From NCBI GenBank assembly GCA_949297145.1, contig CASFQO010000008.1, forward strand, positions 46,766-110,765: DNA of 64,000 nucleotides, read 5' to 3'. The notes beneath the pieces are model-generated. The model was not told the DNA's origin, ran no database searches, and saw only the letters and a program-made list of their open reading frames with translations. Origin of the DNA: an uncultured Alphaproteobacteria bacterium. GTDB taxonomy: Bacteria > Pseudomonadota > Alphaproteobacteria > RF32 > CAG-239. The stretch's first letter is position 1, and the number at the start of each line of letters is the position of its first letter. The translations under genes were made by a program, and so were the position numbers. Positions 18,465 to 27,773 of the stretch are shown piece after piece.

Positions 18465-21400
18465 TTGCGAAAAAAAATATTAAATTTTATCCATATTCTT
18501 GAACTGGTGGTAGTCTGTATTGCCTTCAGTGTGAAGGCTATGGCTGCAGATATTAGTGCACTCAATTTTAATGGAGATTTAATAGGAAAAGTAATTCCTG
18601 ACGGTTCCGTAATAAATAGTGATAATGAGCTTATTGGGTATATGACTGCAGATGGGTTTATTTTTGATAATGATAATAATTTAATTGGAGGCATTGTACC
18701 GCAGGGTATAGCTATTTCATACAACAATAATATTTTAGGAAAAATCAACAATGATGGATCAGTTACGTCGCTAAACGATAGTCTAATTGGAAAGGTCTTA
18801 CCAAATGGCTTAGTCGTTAATGATAATTATGATATTTTAGGAGCCGCCGTTTCACCAAATTTAGTGTATAATGATGGTGGACAAGTTGTTGGACGAGTAT
18901 CAGGCGATGGTAAGTTTTATAATTTATCTGGAGAAAATACCGGATTTGTAACTGCAACAGGATTCGTCTATTCATCTAATGATAACGGAACAGAAAAAAA
19001 AATTAGCCTTATAGGAAAATTAATTACATCAAAGATGGTAATATCGTCAGGTGGAAAATATTTAGGCAGCATAGCTCCGGATGGAAAAGTACTAGATTTA
19101 AGGAAAAATATCATAGGGAATATTCATGCCAATGGTTTTGTATATAACAAAGAAGGGCAGGCAATAGGTCATGTTGTTGATAACGGGTATGCGTTTAATA
19201 ACAACGGACAATACATAGGGGTCGTAAGCTATAACGGTGAGGTTATAAATAAAGGAACAGTAGTTGCCCATGCCATAAATGGTAACAGAGTCATAAATAA
19301 AGAAGGAAATACAATTGGCTTTACAGTCAATATGGCTGCTACAGCAAATACATTAGATGGCAAGTATCTGGGGCGTATTACGGCAGAAGGAAAAATACTT
19401 GATAAAAGAAATATTATAGGAAGCATAGGTGCCTCTGGAAAAGTAGTTAATGAACAAGGTGCTGTTATCGGTATGGTCAATCCGGTAGGTCCTGTATTTG
19501 ATTATTTAGGAAATTTACGAGCAAATGCCGCCATAGGAGGTAAAATTGTTTCATTAGAAGGAATAGAACAGGGAACAGTTCGTCAAAATGAAGCAATAGA
19601 TAATAATGGAAACATTATTGGTAAAACGATAGATAATAATTTATGCTTTAACAGTAATAATGAATTTTTAGGAATAAGCGGTATAGGAACGTATCTAAAG
19701 GCAAATGGGCAGACATATAAAATCTCGCCTTACGGGTATGTCTTTAATGAAAATGGAGAATTAAGCGGTATCAATATTAAGCAAGGTGGTGTATACACAG
19801 AAGATGGAGCAACACTATCATATACATCAAATGAAGGAAAAACCGAAAATACTTCATTAAATGAAATAGCTAAATTTACAGGAGCCGGAATTTTTCTTGA
19901 TAAAAATAATAAGCTATTAGGAAAGATGATAGAAAACAAGTATATCACGAATTTTGAAGGCGAAATGCAAGGTGTCATCAATGCAGGCAATTTGGTTGTA
20001 AATAATAAAAATAAGATTTTTGCAAAAATATTACCAAATAATAATGTTGTTGGCATATCAGAGCGTATTGCCCAAAATTATGGAAGAGCCGGAACTGCAC
20101 CGATTAGCATAAGTATAAATGGGGATTACCTTGGTGCAAACAGTGTGACAGGGCAAATAACAAAAGGCTCCGAAATTGTAGGGAAAATAAGCTCAGATGG
20201 TTACGCTATAGATAATATGGGGGCATTATACGGAAAAACATTAAATATGGGAGCCGTAATCTCGCCAGAATGTAAAGTACTAGGAGTAGTCTCAGATAAG
20301 GGCGAAGCAAGAACATCTAAAGGAGCATATCTGGGGATGATACTAGCCAATAGGCAAGTTGTAGATGAGACAGAAAATGTGATAGGCTATGTTGTTGAAT
20401 CCCAACCGATAAACGGTAAAAATGGAGAAAGTATCGGTGTGGCTAATACATCTGGTAATGTTCTCAATTATAATAATCAAAATTTGGGATGTTTAGACAA
20501 TACCGGTAAAGTAAAAAATTCTCAGCAAGAAATAATTGGACAGGTGATTCCGTATATGTCTATTATGGGATATGACAATAAAATTATCGGATATACGAAT
20601 TTTTATGGAAATGTCATAGATAATTCGGGAATACAAATAGCAACTATAGATTTAGATGAAAGCGTATTATCTAAAACAGGAGAAAATATTGGTGTTCCGT
20701 TTCAATATACAGTAGCTTTTGATGCAAATAACATTTATTTAGGGCGAGTTAAGCCTGATGGAAATGTTGTGTCAGATGGTGGAGAAATTTTAGGTACAGT
20801 CTTATACACAGGAGAAGTAAAAACAACAAAAGGCGAAAATGGTTATGCCCTATATGATTTATATGTTTATGATAATGATGGAAAGACAATAGGCTATATA
20901 GCCAAGAATGGCCGCGTTTACAGTATTATGGGTGAATTAAAAGGTGCTATCTCCCAAGGATTTGTCTTAGATAAAAAACAAAATTTAATAGGTAGAGGAT
21001 TGAGAGATTATAATATAAGAAACAAAGATAATCAAATTATTGGATATTTGAAATTAGATGGAAGCGTTGTTGATATTAAGAATATTGAGATCGGAAAAAT
21101 TGATGAAAAAGGAAATGTCATAACCCTCTCGGGTCAAAACATTGCACAGGCTGGAAAGTTGCAATATTATCACCGTCCAGCTGAACCAATGACAGAAGAA
21201 AAGGTTTCGCAACAAGATACAAAAGAAACTAAACAGAATGAAAATATCGATACAATAAGAGATACAAAAAATACAGAAGAAGCAGAAGAAACAGAAGAAA
21301 TAGAAGAAGCAGAAAATCTAGAGGGTACAAAACGAGAACCCCAGGAAGATGTTGAAGCTTTATCTCCGGAGGAAGCCGCAGCAGCGGAAGTCAAAGACAA

Positions 21401-22820
21401 ATATCGAGTTATAGGCATTGCTGTAACACCAGGTGGACGCTATATTGGAGATGTATACAGCAATAATCAAGTAATAGATGAATCAGGAACTGTTATAGGT
21501 AGCACAAATGCTAATGGTGAGATTTTAGATAAGGAAGGTAACAAAGTAGGGACTTTTGAAAAAAACAAAGAAACCTCCAATCAAGGAATAAAAACAAAAT
21601 GGTGGGAACAAGTCGCGACCGGAGAAACAATTAGCCCCTACAGTAGCGGCAATGAAATAACTAATGTTGGCCCTGGAGGCGGTATTGGCCCTGGAGGAAG
21701 ATATAATCCAAGGCGTGCAGCAATATTATCCCAATTGCAAGATGAAAGACGGAGAACCATGGTCGCCGCGAAAATTGAGCCGGGATACGATGCTGCATCC
21801 TATACAGGTTGGCAAGATGACTGGGGAATTAATCGTTCCGTATCGACATTAAGGGTTAATATGGATAATATGATTACGGGAGATAAACCAATTCCGGCTG
21901 TTTTAGCAAGGTCCTTAATATCTCTTGGTTCTGCTCCGGTAACAGCAATTGTTGAAAGAAATATATATGGTGATTCAGGGCGTAACGTTATTATTCCTGC
22001 CGGTAGCAGAATTATAGGAGGTTTACAAACAACAGACGCAGAATCAAGATTTGACAGTACGAGTGGCGGTGTCAAATTAGAAATATCATGGGAAAGAATT
22101 ATACGTCCGGATGGAATAGCATTCTTGCTATCGGCTGGGAGGACACAAACAGGTGATGCACAAGGTCGCGGTGGTGGTGCGTTAGGTTATGTGGATGAGC
22201 AATTAGTAAAAAAATACACATTGCCGATTGTTGGTACAATGGTAACATCAGCCATAACATACATGATGGCAGTGGATGAAGAAAGCACGGGAGAAGTAGA
22301 AACCTCTAAACAGCAAGCTGCATCAGATGCACGTCAACAATTTATGGAAAAGATGGATGAAATTTTGCAAGAAATTATAGATAGTAAATCACAGATAGAG
22401 CCTGTTACCTATGTTCCGGCTGGCACAAGGGTTATCATTTATCCAATGCAAGATTTGTGGCTAAGAAGTACAAAAGATATTCAAAAAGGAATAATAACGA
22501 ATGTTCCAGGTGGCGGAGAAGGCGGACTTGTAAATGAAACGTTCTACGATGGAGGTGGAACAACCAGCACATCAACAGTTCAGAGTAACAACTCAAAGAA
22601 TAGCCAAAAGGTGATTTTGGGCAATCAGGCACAAACAAATAACACCAATAATAATGGTGGTGGCGGTACACCTCTTATGGAAGATACTTCTCAAAACAAC
22701 ACGCAGCAGCAACCTCATAGAAACATAGGAGCAATACCACCTCCAGCAGCTGATGGAACCATAACAGAAGCTCCAGAAAGCGAAGAGGATTTATCTGGAG
22801 AGGTGGAATTAATATACTAA
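18465..22820 (+). CDS. virB10: Giant (1451 aa) VirB10/TrbI-family protein: Sec signal peptide, ~870 aa of the same D-x-D/N-G hairpin repeats, an acidic E-rich linker, a VirB10 C-terminal beta-barrel domain (approx nt 21735-22575), and a G/N/T/Q-rich tail
   Basis: TTG start 6 nt after a GGAGGA RBS; h-region ILNFIHILELVVVCIAFSV with VKA-MAA cleavage motif; C-terminal …IPAGSRIIGGLQ…ISWERIIRPDGIAF…ALGYVDEQL…VPAGTRVIIYP… matches VirB10/TrbI CTD. Confidence 0.8.
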   Translation: MRKKILNFIHILELVVVCIAFSVKAMAADISALNFNGDLIGKVIPDGSVINSDNELIGYMTADGFIFDNDNNLIGGIVPQGIAISYNNNILGKINNDGSVTSLNDSLIGKVLPNGLVVNDNYDILGAAVSPNLVYNDGGQVVGRVSGDGKFYNLSGENTGFVTATGFVYSSNDNGTEKKISLIGKLITSKMVISSGGKYLGSIAPDGKVLDLRKNIIGNIHANGFVYNKEGQAIGHVVDNGYAFNNNGQYIGVVSYNGEVINKGTVVAHAINGNRVINKEGNTIGFTVNMAATANTLDGKYLGRITAEGKILDKRNIIGSIGASGKVVNEQGAVIGMVNPVGPVFDYLGNLRANAAIGGKIVSLEGIEQGTVRQNEAIDNNGNIIGKTIDNNLCFNSNNEFLGISGIGTYLKANGQTYKISPYGYVFNENGELSGINIKQGGVYTEDGATLSYTSNEGKTENTSLNEIAKFTGAGIFLDKNNKLLGKMIENKYITNFEGEMQGVINAGNLVVNNKNKIFAKILPNNNVVGISERIAQNYGRAGTAPISISINGDYLGANSVTGQITKGSEIVGKISSDGYAIDNMGALYGKTLNMGAVISPECKVLGVVSDKGEARTSKGAYLGMILANRQVVDETENVIGYVVESQPINGKNGESIGVANTSGNVLNYNNQNLGCLDNTGKVKNSQQEIIGQVIPYMSIMGYDNKIIGYTNFYGNVIDNSGIQIATIDLDESVLSKTGENIGVPFQYTVAFDANNIYLGRVKPDGNVVSDGGEILGTVLYTGEVKTTKGENGYALYDLYVYDNDGKTIGYIAKNGRVYSIMGELKGAISQGFVLDKKQNLIGRGLRDYNIRNKDNQIIGYLKLDGSVVDIKNIEIGKIDEKGNVITLSGQNIAQAGKLQYYHRPAEPMTEEKVSQQDTKETKQNENIDTIRDTKNTEEAEETEEIEEAENLEGTKREPQEDVEALSPEEAAAAEVKDKYRVIGIAVTPGGRYIGDVYSNNQVIDESGTVIGSTNANGEILDKEGNKVGTFEKNKETSNQGIKTKWWEQVATGETISPYSSGNEITNVGPGGGIGPGGRYNPRRAAILSQLQDERRRTMVAAKIEPGYDAASYTGWQDDWGINRSVSTLRVNMDNMITGDKPIPAVLARSLISLGSAPVTAIVERNIYGDSGRNVIIPAGSRIIGGLQTTDAESRFDSTSGGVKLEISWERIIRPDGIAFLLSAGRTQTGDAQGRGGGALGYVDEQLVKKYTLPIVGTMVTSAITYMMAVDEESTGEVETSKQQAASDARQQFMEKMDEILQEIIDSKSQIEPVTYVPAGTRVIIYPMQDLWLRSTKDIQKGIITNVPGGGEGGLVNETFYDGGGTTSTSTVQSNNSKNSQKVILGNQAQTNNTNNNGGGGTPLMEDTSQNNTQQQPHRNIGAIPPPAADGTITEAPESEEDLSGEVELIY

Positions 22821-22889
22821 AAAAGAACAGATTGACGAAGGTTAAGATGTTTGCTAAGATAAGACATAAGGAAATTTGGGAGTGTATAA

Positions 22890-23870
22890 ATGGGAAAGCT
22901 TGAGGATGAAGTTCTTTGCTCTGTATTAAGACCATTATCATATTGGTATGATCAGGAGAATATAGAAGAAGTCGCTATAAATCATCCTGGCGATATATGG
23001 CTGCGCTTGCGCGGCAAAAGAGCCTTTCCATGGGTGAACTATAAGGATCCTAAATTAACCAGAGAATATTTGACAAATTTACTGCATATAATAGCAAATT
23101 TAAATGATCAAGAGTTTGATCCGATAAATGGTTCACCGGTTGTTTACGCCAGAATTCCTGGAGGACATCGTTTTACAGGTATCGCCGGAAAAAATATTGA
23201 GTATGATTTAGATGATGCCGCGACTGGAGGAATAGCGATAGCGATACGTTTGCATTCGGATGATGTAGCATTTGGCTTTGGAGATTATGGCTTGGAGCAG
23301 GGGAAAAAATTAAAAGAGATTAATCCCTTAAAGCATATCAAAGATCCTGATGATGCGTATGAAAGGTTGCTGCTGGCATTACGCCGTGGAGACCATATCC
23401 TAGTGAGTGGTGGTACAGGAACTGGTAAAACGACATTATTAAACAACTTGCTAAAACTTCTGGATATACATAAAAGAGTAATAACGGTGGAGGATACGCG
23501 AGAACTTAATGTGCCGCAACCAAATCATGTACATATTGTTTTATCGCGTACAGAGCAGACGAATACGATGGATTATTCCAAAGTAATTGACTTGATTGTA
23601 CGTTTTACTCCAGATGCAATCATCGGCGGAGAAATTTCTACAAGTAATGCGGGAGCAATTTGGGAATTGATGGGATCAGGACACGATAACTGCCTAGCCA
23701 CAATACACGCAGAGAGCTCGACCGCCGCCTATGAAGCATTTGTAAAACGTATTATGAGAACACAGCCGAACATAGATGTTGAAAAAACGATAGAAGAGAT
23801 GCGTCGCAAACTTCACGTTGTGCAAATCGTAAGAGACGGCAATATTCGTGGAATTACAGAAATAACTTAA
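22890..23870 (+). CDS. virB11: VirB11 T4SS traffic ATPase
   Basis: Walker A VSGGTGTGKTT; 326 aa; VirB11/CpaF-like N- and C-terminal domains. Confidence 0.88.
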   Translation: MGKLEDEVLCSVLRPLSYWYDQENIEEVAINHPGDIWLRLRGKRAFPWVNYKDPKLTREYLTNLLHIIANLNDQEFDPINGSPVVYARIPGGHRFTGIAGKNIEYDLDDAATGGIAIAIRLHSDDVAFGFGDYGLEQGKKLKEINPLKHIKDPDDAYERLLLALRRGDHILVSGGTGTGKTTLLNNLLKLLDIHKRVITVEDTRELNVPQPNHVHIVLSRTEQTNTMDYSKVIDLIVRFTPDAIIGGEISTSNAGAIWELMGSGHDNCLATIHAESSTAAYEAFVKRIMRTQPNIDVEKTIEEMRRKLHVVQIVRDGNIRGITEIT

Positions 23871-23877
23871 ACATGAG

Positions 23878-24525
23878 CTAAGAATTTGCTAATTCAGCAA
23901 TTTCATATTTAAGCTCATCTAAATAAAGATTCTTTTCAGAGCTTGTTTTAAGTATGGTAACATGCGCAGCAGTATGTTCTTTAAGCTGTTTTTGAGTATC
24001 TTCGAGAATTCTTTCAAGTGCAGAAAGGCTAATTTTATCAATTTTCGTTAACACAACCTGATAAGTAACGGCCGCCTTATCCAACATATCCATAATTTCT
24101 GTATCAATTTTTTTGATACCATGCCTTGCATCTATCAGCAAGAAAACTCGCCGCAGATTAGGTCTGCCGACTAAATAAGCATTTATAAGTTGCTGCCAAT
24201 TACGAACAATATCTTTAGGCGCTTTCGCAAACCCATATCCGGGCAAATCAACAAGATAAAGTTTATCATCAAGATTAAAGTAATTAAGTTGTTGAGTGCG
24301 CCCTGGTGTAGATGATGTTTTAGCTAATTTTTTCTGCCCAAAGAGAGCATTAATCAAACTAGATTTTCCAACATTAGAACGTCCTGCAAAAGCAATCTCG
24401 GAGCGATCACCGTTTGGCAGCTGTTTCAGATTAGCGACGCTTAAAAGAAACGTGCATTTTTTATTGAAAAAATCTCGCCCTAATGCATATTTATCCATTT
24501 CGTCGTTGCTGTCATTAACCATCAA
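23878..24525 (-). CDS. engB: Ribosome biogenesis GTP-binding protein EngB/YihA
   Basis: G1 motif GRSNVGKSSLINAL; DLPGYG G3 motif; TKIDK G4. Confidence 0.9.
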   Translation of the reverse strand: MMVNDSNDEMDKYALGRDFFNKKCTFLLSVANLKQLPNGDRSEIAFAGRSNVGKSSLINALFGQKKLAKTSSTPGRTQQLNYFNLDDKLYLVDLPGYGFAKAPKDIVRNWQQLINAYLVGRPNLRRVFLLIDARHGIKKIDTEIMDMLDKAAVTYQVVLTKIDKISLSALERILEDTQKQLKEHTAAHVTILKTSSEKNLYLDELKYEIAELANS

Positions 24526-26198
24526 TCTACTCCGTTTTTGTGCATAATTGCTTTCTGTTGAATAATGGAGAGAATATTACTAAGTGTCCAGTAAATAACT
24601 AATCCGGATGCAAAATGTCCCAACATAAAGGTAAAGAATATAGGCATCAAAGCAAACATTCTAGCTTGATCTTTATTAACCGGAGCAGGGTTTAACTTTT
24701 GTTGCATCCACATCGTGAACCCCATGAAAATCGGCCATAAACCAATATCAATAAATCCCGGAACATAAATATGTAGAATTTGCGATAAAGTCAACGGGTC
24801 CGGAGCAGACAAATCCTTAATCCAACCAATGAAAGGAGCGTGTCTGATTTCAATAGCAATATTCAAAACTTTATACAAAGAAAAGAAGATAGGAATTTGA
24901 ATAAACAAAGGCAAACATCCTGCAGCCGGATTGATTTTTTCCCTTTTATATAATTCCATCGTAGCCTGCTGAATAAGCATCTGATTATCGCCGTATTTGG
25001 CACGAATATCATTGATTTTAGGTTGCAAAGCTTTCATCTTGGCCATACTGGTATAAGATTTATTTGCGATAGGGAACATACACAAACGTAGTAAAGCTGC
25101 AAACAATAAAATAGCCCATCCCATATTTCCAAGAAATCCGTACAAGAAATCAAGAATATAGAAGAATGGTTTGGTTAAGAAGTAATACCAACCAAAATCA
25201 ACCGCTAAATCAAACTTTGGAATATTATTGTCATTTGTATAAGAATCTAGCAATTTAACTTCTTTTGCCCCAGAGAAAAATCTATAAGAGTAAGACAGAG
25301 ATTTATGAGGAGGAACAATCATTCTGGAACCAAGGTAGTCTACTTGATAGTTATAATCGCCGTTATTTTTGAAACTAACAGAAGCCTTATCATCATTACC
25401 TAAAATGAGCGCAGAGAACCAATAACGATCAGAGAAACCAATCCATCCGCCCTTTGTATCAAATTTTTCACTATCTTCAGCATCCAAATCAGAATATTTA
25501 AACTCTTGGAGCGTATTATCAATAACGCCATTCATTCCTTCATGAACAACCGAACGAGTCTGAGCAAAATTCTTAATGTTACGACTAATAAGGGCATAAG
25601 GGAACAAATCAATATCCTGATTTGTATTATTGATAACAGTATCTTCAATCGTAAAGAGGTAGTTTTTATCAAGCGTGATTTTTCTCACAAATTCAAGCCC
25701 GTTACCATTATTCCAAGTTAAAACGACGGCGTTATCCGGAGTTAACTCAGAGGATGTTGAATTCCAAACAGTATCAGCAGTTGGTAATTTCAGAGACTTA
25801 TCTAGGGACAGCCATCCTAAATCAGCAAAATATTGATTTTCAGCCGCAGAAGGCTTTAATAGTTCAACCTTTGAACTATTTTCATCAAGAGAAACATTGT
25901 ATTTAGTTAAATACAAATCATCAAAGCGAGCACCTTTAAGCCGAATACTTCCGGAAACGGCATCATTTTTAAAATTAATGCGTTTATCCTCGGCAACAAT
26001 TTCCTGTGGTGTTTTTGCAGCTATCGGCGCTTTTTCTTCAACAACGGCATGATTTAAATTTTCAGCCATTTGCTCAACTTCAGAAACCTGTGTCTGAACA
26101 GTGCTGCTTTTATTAATACCAAAAAAATAATTAACGGTATAAATAGCAATAAACGATAAAACGATTGCTAAAGATAAAGCTCTTAAATCATCTTTCAT
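24522..26198 (-). CDS. yidC: Membrane protein insertase YidC
   Basis: 558 aa; large periplasmic domain followed by 5 TMs; conserved NPAAGCLPLFIQIP segment. Confidence 0.92.
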   Translation of the reverse strand: MKDDLRALSLAIVLSFIAIYTVNYFFGINKSSTVQTQVSEVEQMAENLNHAVVEEKAPIAAKTPQEIVAEDKRINFKNDAVSGSIRLKGARFDDLYLTKYNVSLDENSSKVELLKPSAAENQYFADLGWLSLDKSLKLPTADTVWNSTSSELTPDNAVVLTWNNGNGLEFVRKITLDKNYLFTIEDTVINNTNQDIDLFPYALISRNIKNFAQTRSVVHEGMNGVIDNTLQEFKYSDLDAEDSEKFDTKGGWIGFSDRYWFSALILGNDDKASVSFKNNGDYNYQVDYLGSRMIVPPHKSLSYSYRFFSGAKEVKLLDSYTNDNNIPKFDLAVDFGWYYFLTKPFFYILDFLYGFLGNMGWAILLFAALLRLCMFPIANKSYTSMAKMKALQPKINDIRAKYGDNQMLIQQATMELYKREKINPAAGCLPLFIQIPIFFSLYKVLNIAIEIRHAPFIGWIKDLSAPDPLTLSQILHIYVPGFIDIGLWPIFMGFTMWMQQKLNPAPVNKDQARMFALMPIFFTFMLGHFASGLVIYWTLSNILSIIQQKAIMHKNGVD

Positions 26199-26282
26199 TG
26201 GTAATGTTTCTCCTGTTTCTTATTAAATGATTTCTAGTCTTTCTAATATAAAAAAGCGTTTTTGTAAAGTCCAAGTAAAGAG

Positions 26283-26555
26283 TTAATCCGAGTGTTTCTG
26301 AGAGGATTGTTTAGGAGGAACAGGATCATAACCATGCCCGCCCCAAGGATTGCATCTTAAAAGTCTTTTAATCCCCAAATATAATCCCTTAATTAAACCG
26401 TGAATTTGAATAGCCTGCATCATATATTCCGAACAAGTTGGTGTAAAACGACAGGCGTGAGGCAAATAAGGAGAAATAGCCTTTTTATAAAACTGAAGCA
26501 AAGAAAGGACAATTTGCTCAAAAAAATAGCTCAAAAAAGAAAGTTTTTTAAACAT
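26283..26555 (-). CDS. yidD: Putative membrane protein insertion efficiency factor YidD
   Basis: [18 protein letters not shown]…[13 protein letters not shown] motif. Confidence 0.85.
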   Translation of the reverse strand: MFKKLSFLSYFFEQIVLSLLQFYKKAISPYLPHACRFTPTCSEYMMQAIQIHGLIKGLYLGIKRLLRCNPWGGHGYDPVPPKQSSQKHSD

Positions 26556-26570
26556 ACTAAATCTGATTAC

Positions 26571-26942
26571 TTAGCAATCAGCCTCTTCCTCAGATGATGG
26601 TAAAAAGTTTTTATTGATACGTTTAATGGCGTAAATAGTATCTTTTTTTAATTCAGAATAGGAGCATGCCGCCGTAGAATTACGTGCAATAAAAACATAA
26701 TCCGTATGAGGCAAAGCATATGTGGTCAAAACCTCTCTGACAACGGCTCTCAACCGACGTTTACTGCGATTTCTGCCCACAGCATTCCCAATTTTTTTAG
26801 TGGCAGTATATCCGACAAATAAATCATCAGATTCAAATAAACTAGGAGCCGCTTGAAGCACCACATTGCGAGTAGCAACATAAAATGCCTGAGCGACTCT
26901 TAAAAAATCTTTTCTTTTTTTGAAAACAATTATTTTAGTCAT
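26571..26942 (-). CDS. rnpA: Ribonuclease P protein component
   Basis: 123 aa basic protein; conserved position between rpmH and yidD. Confidence 0.85.
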   Translation of the reverse strand: MTKIIVFKKRKDFLRVAQAFYVATRNVVLQAAPSLFESDDLFVGYTATKKIGNAVGRNRSKRRLRAVVREVLTTYALPHTDYVFIARNSTAACSYSELKKDTIYAIKRINKNFLPSSEEEADC

Positions 26943-26954
26943 CTGCGAAAAGAC

Positions 26955-27089
26955 TAAGCTGAAAGTTTTTTACGACCTCTAGCACGACGAGCAGCTAAAA
27001 CTTTCCGACCACCAGCTGTAGCCATACGAGTGCGAAAACCATGGCGACGAGCTCTTACCAATTTACTTGGTTGATATGTACGTTTCATA
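26955..27089 (-). CDS. rpmH: 50S ribosomal protein L34 (not present in the supplied ORF track)
   Basis: Manual reverse-strand translation gives [44 protein letters not shown] (44 aa); classic rpmH-rnpA-yidD-yidC order. Confidence 0.85.
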
Positions 27090-27289
27090 TTAAAATCTCC
27101 GGTTAATTATTAATTATTTAAAGGTAAAATAAAATTACCTCTCGGTTTTACACAAGCGTTTATAATATAAAAGAAAAAGAAGTCAATCATTTTTTAAACA
27201 AATAAGGTTTAGAATACAAAAAAGATAAAAAACGAGCGATACAAAATCACTTGAAAAATAAAATCTATATGGTATAAAATCTATATACT

Positions 27290-27667
27290 ATGGAGGTTTA
27301 CGTTTTCGCCATGATAATTGATAGCAAAAATGAAACACAGAAAAGTATTTTAACAAACAAGTGTTTTTACCAGACAACAGCTCAAATTATGCGTGAATTT
27401 GAGAAGAAAGGGTATGCTAACTCTGCGGATGAAACCGCCAAGGTAATAGCCGCCTATCACGATCTGGTTCAAAAGAAAACGAAAAACAATTTCAGCAAAG
27501 ATTATAACGAAGCTTTTAAAAGAATAGACGATGCGATAAAAGGTTTGGCAAACAAAGTCTTTTATGGCTATGATAACAAGAGCTTAGATTATGCATACAA
27601 ATCTTTTGCAAAGTTTGACTATATAAATGCGATTATTGGTCGCCAAAGAATTAAAAAGAAATCATAA
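27290..27667 (+). CDS. Hypothetical small helical protein (125 aa)
   Basis: ORF only; no recognizable motif. Confidence 0.35.
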   Translation: MEVYVFAMIIDSKNETQKSILTNKCFYQTTAQIMREFEKKGYANSADETAKVIAAYHDLVQKKTKNNFSKDYNEAFKRIDDAIKGLANKVFYGYDNKSLDYAYKSFAKFDYINAIIGRQRIKKKS

Positions 27668-27773
27668 ATTTTATTTTCCATGTCTCCTGTTGATTCTTTA
27701 GAAAGTTAATTGCTAAAGTATGGATTTTAGCTTACATTGACATATATAAAGAAGATAACCAAGGAGAGAGACA

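Noticed and set aside
11543-21200. Possibility that the long regular repeat array is a CRISPR array or non-coding satellite
   Set aside because: The repeats are in one continuous open reading frame with strong amino-acid-level conservation and no spacer/repeat alternation; these are coding tandem repeats.
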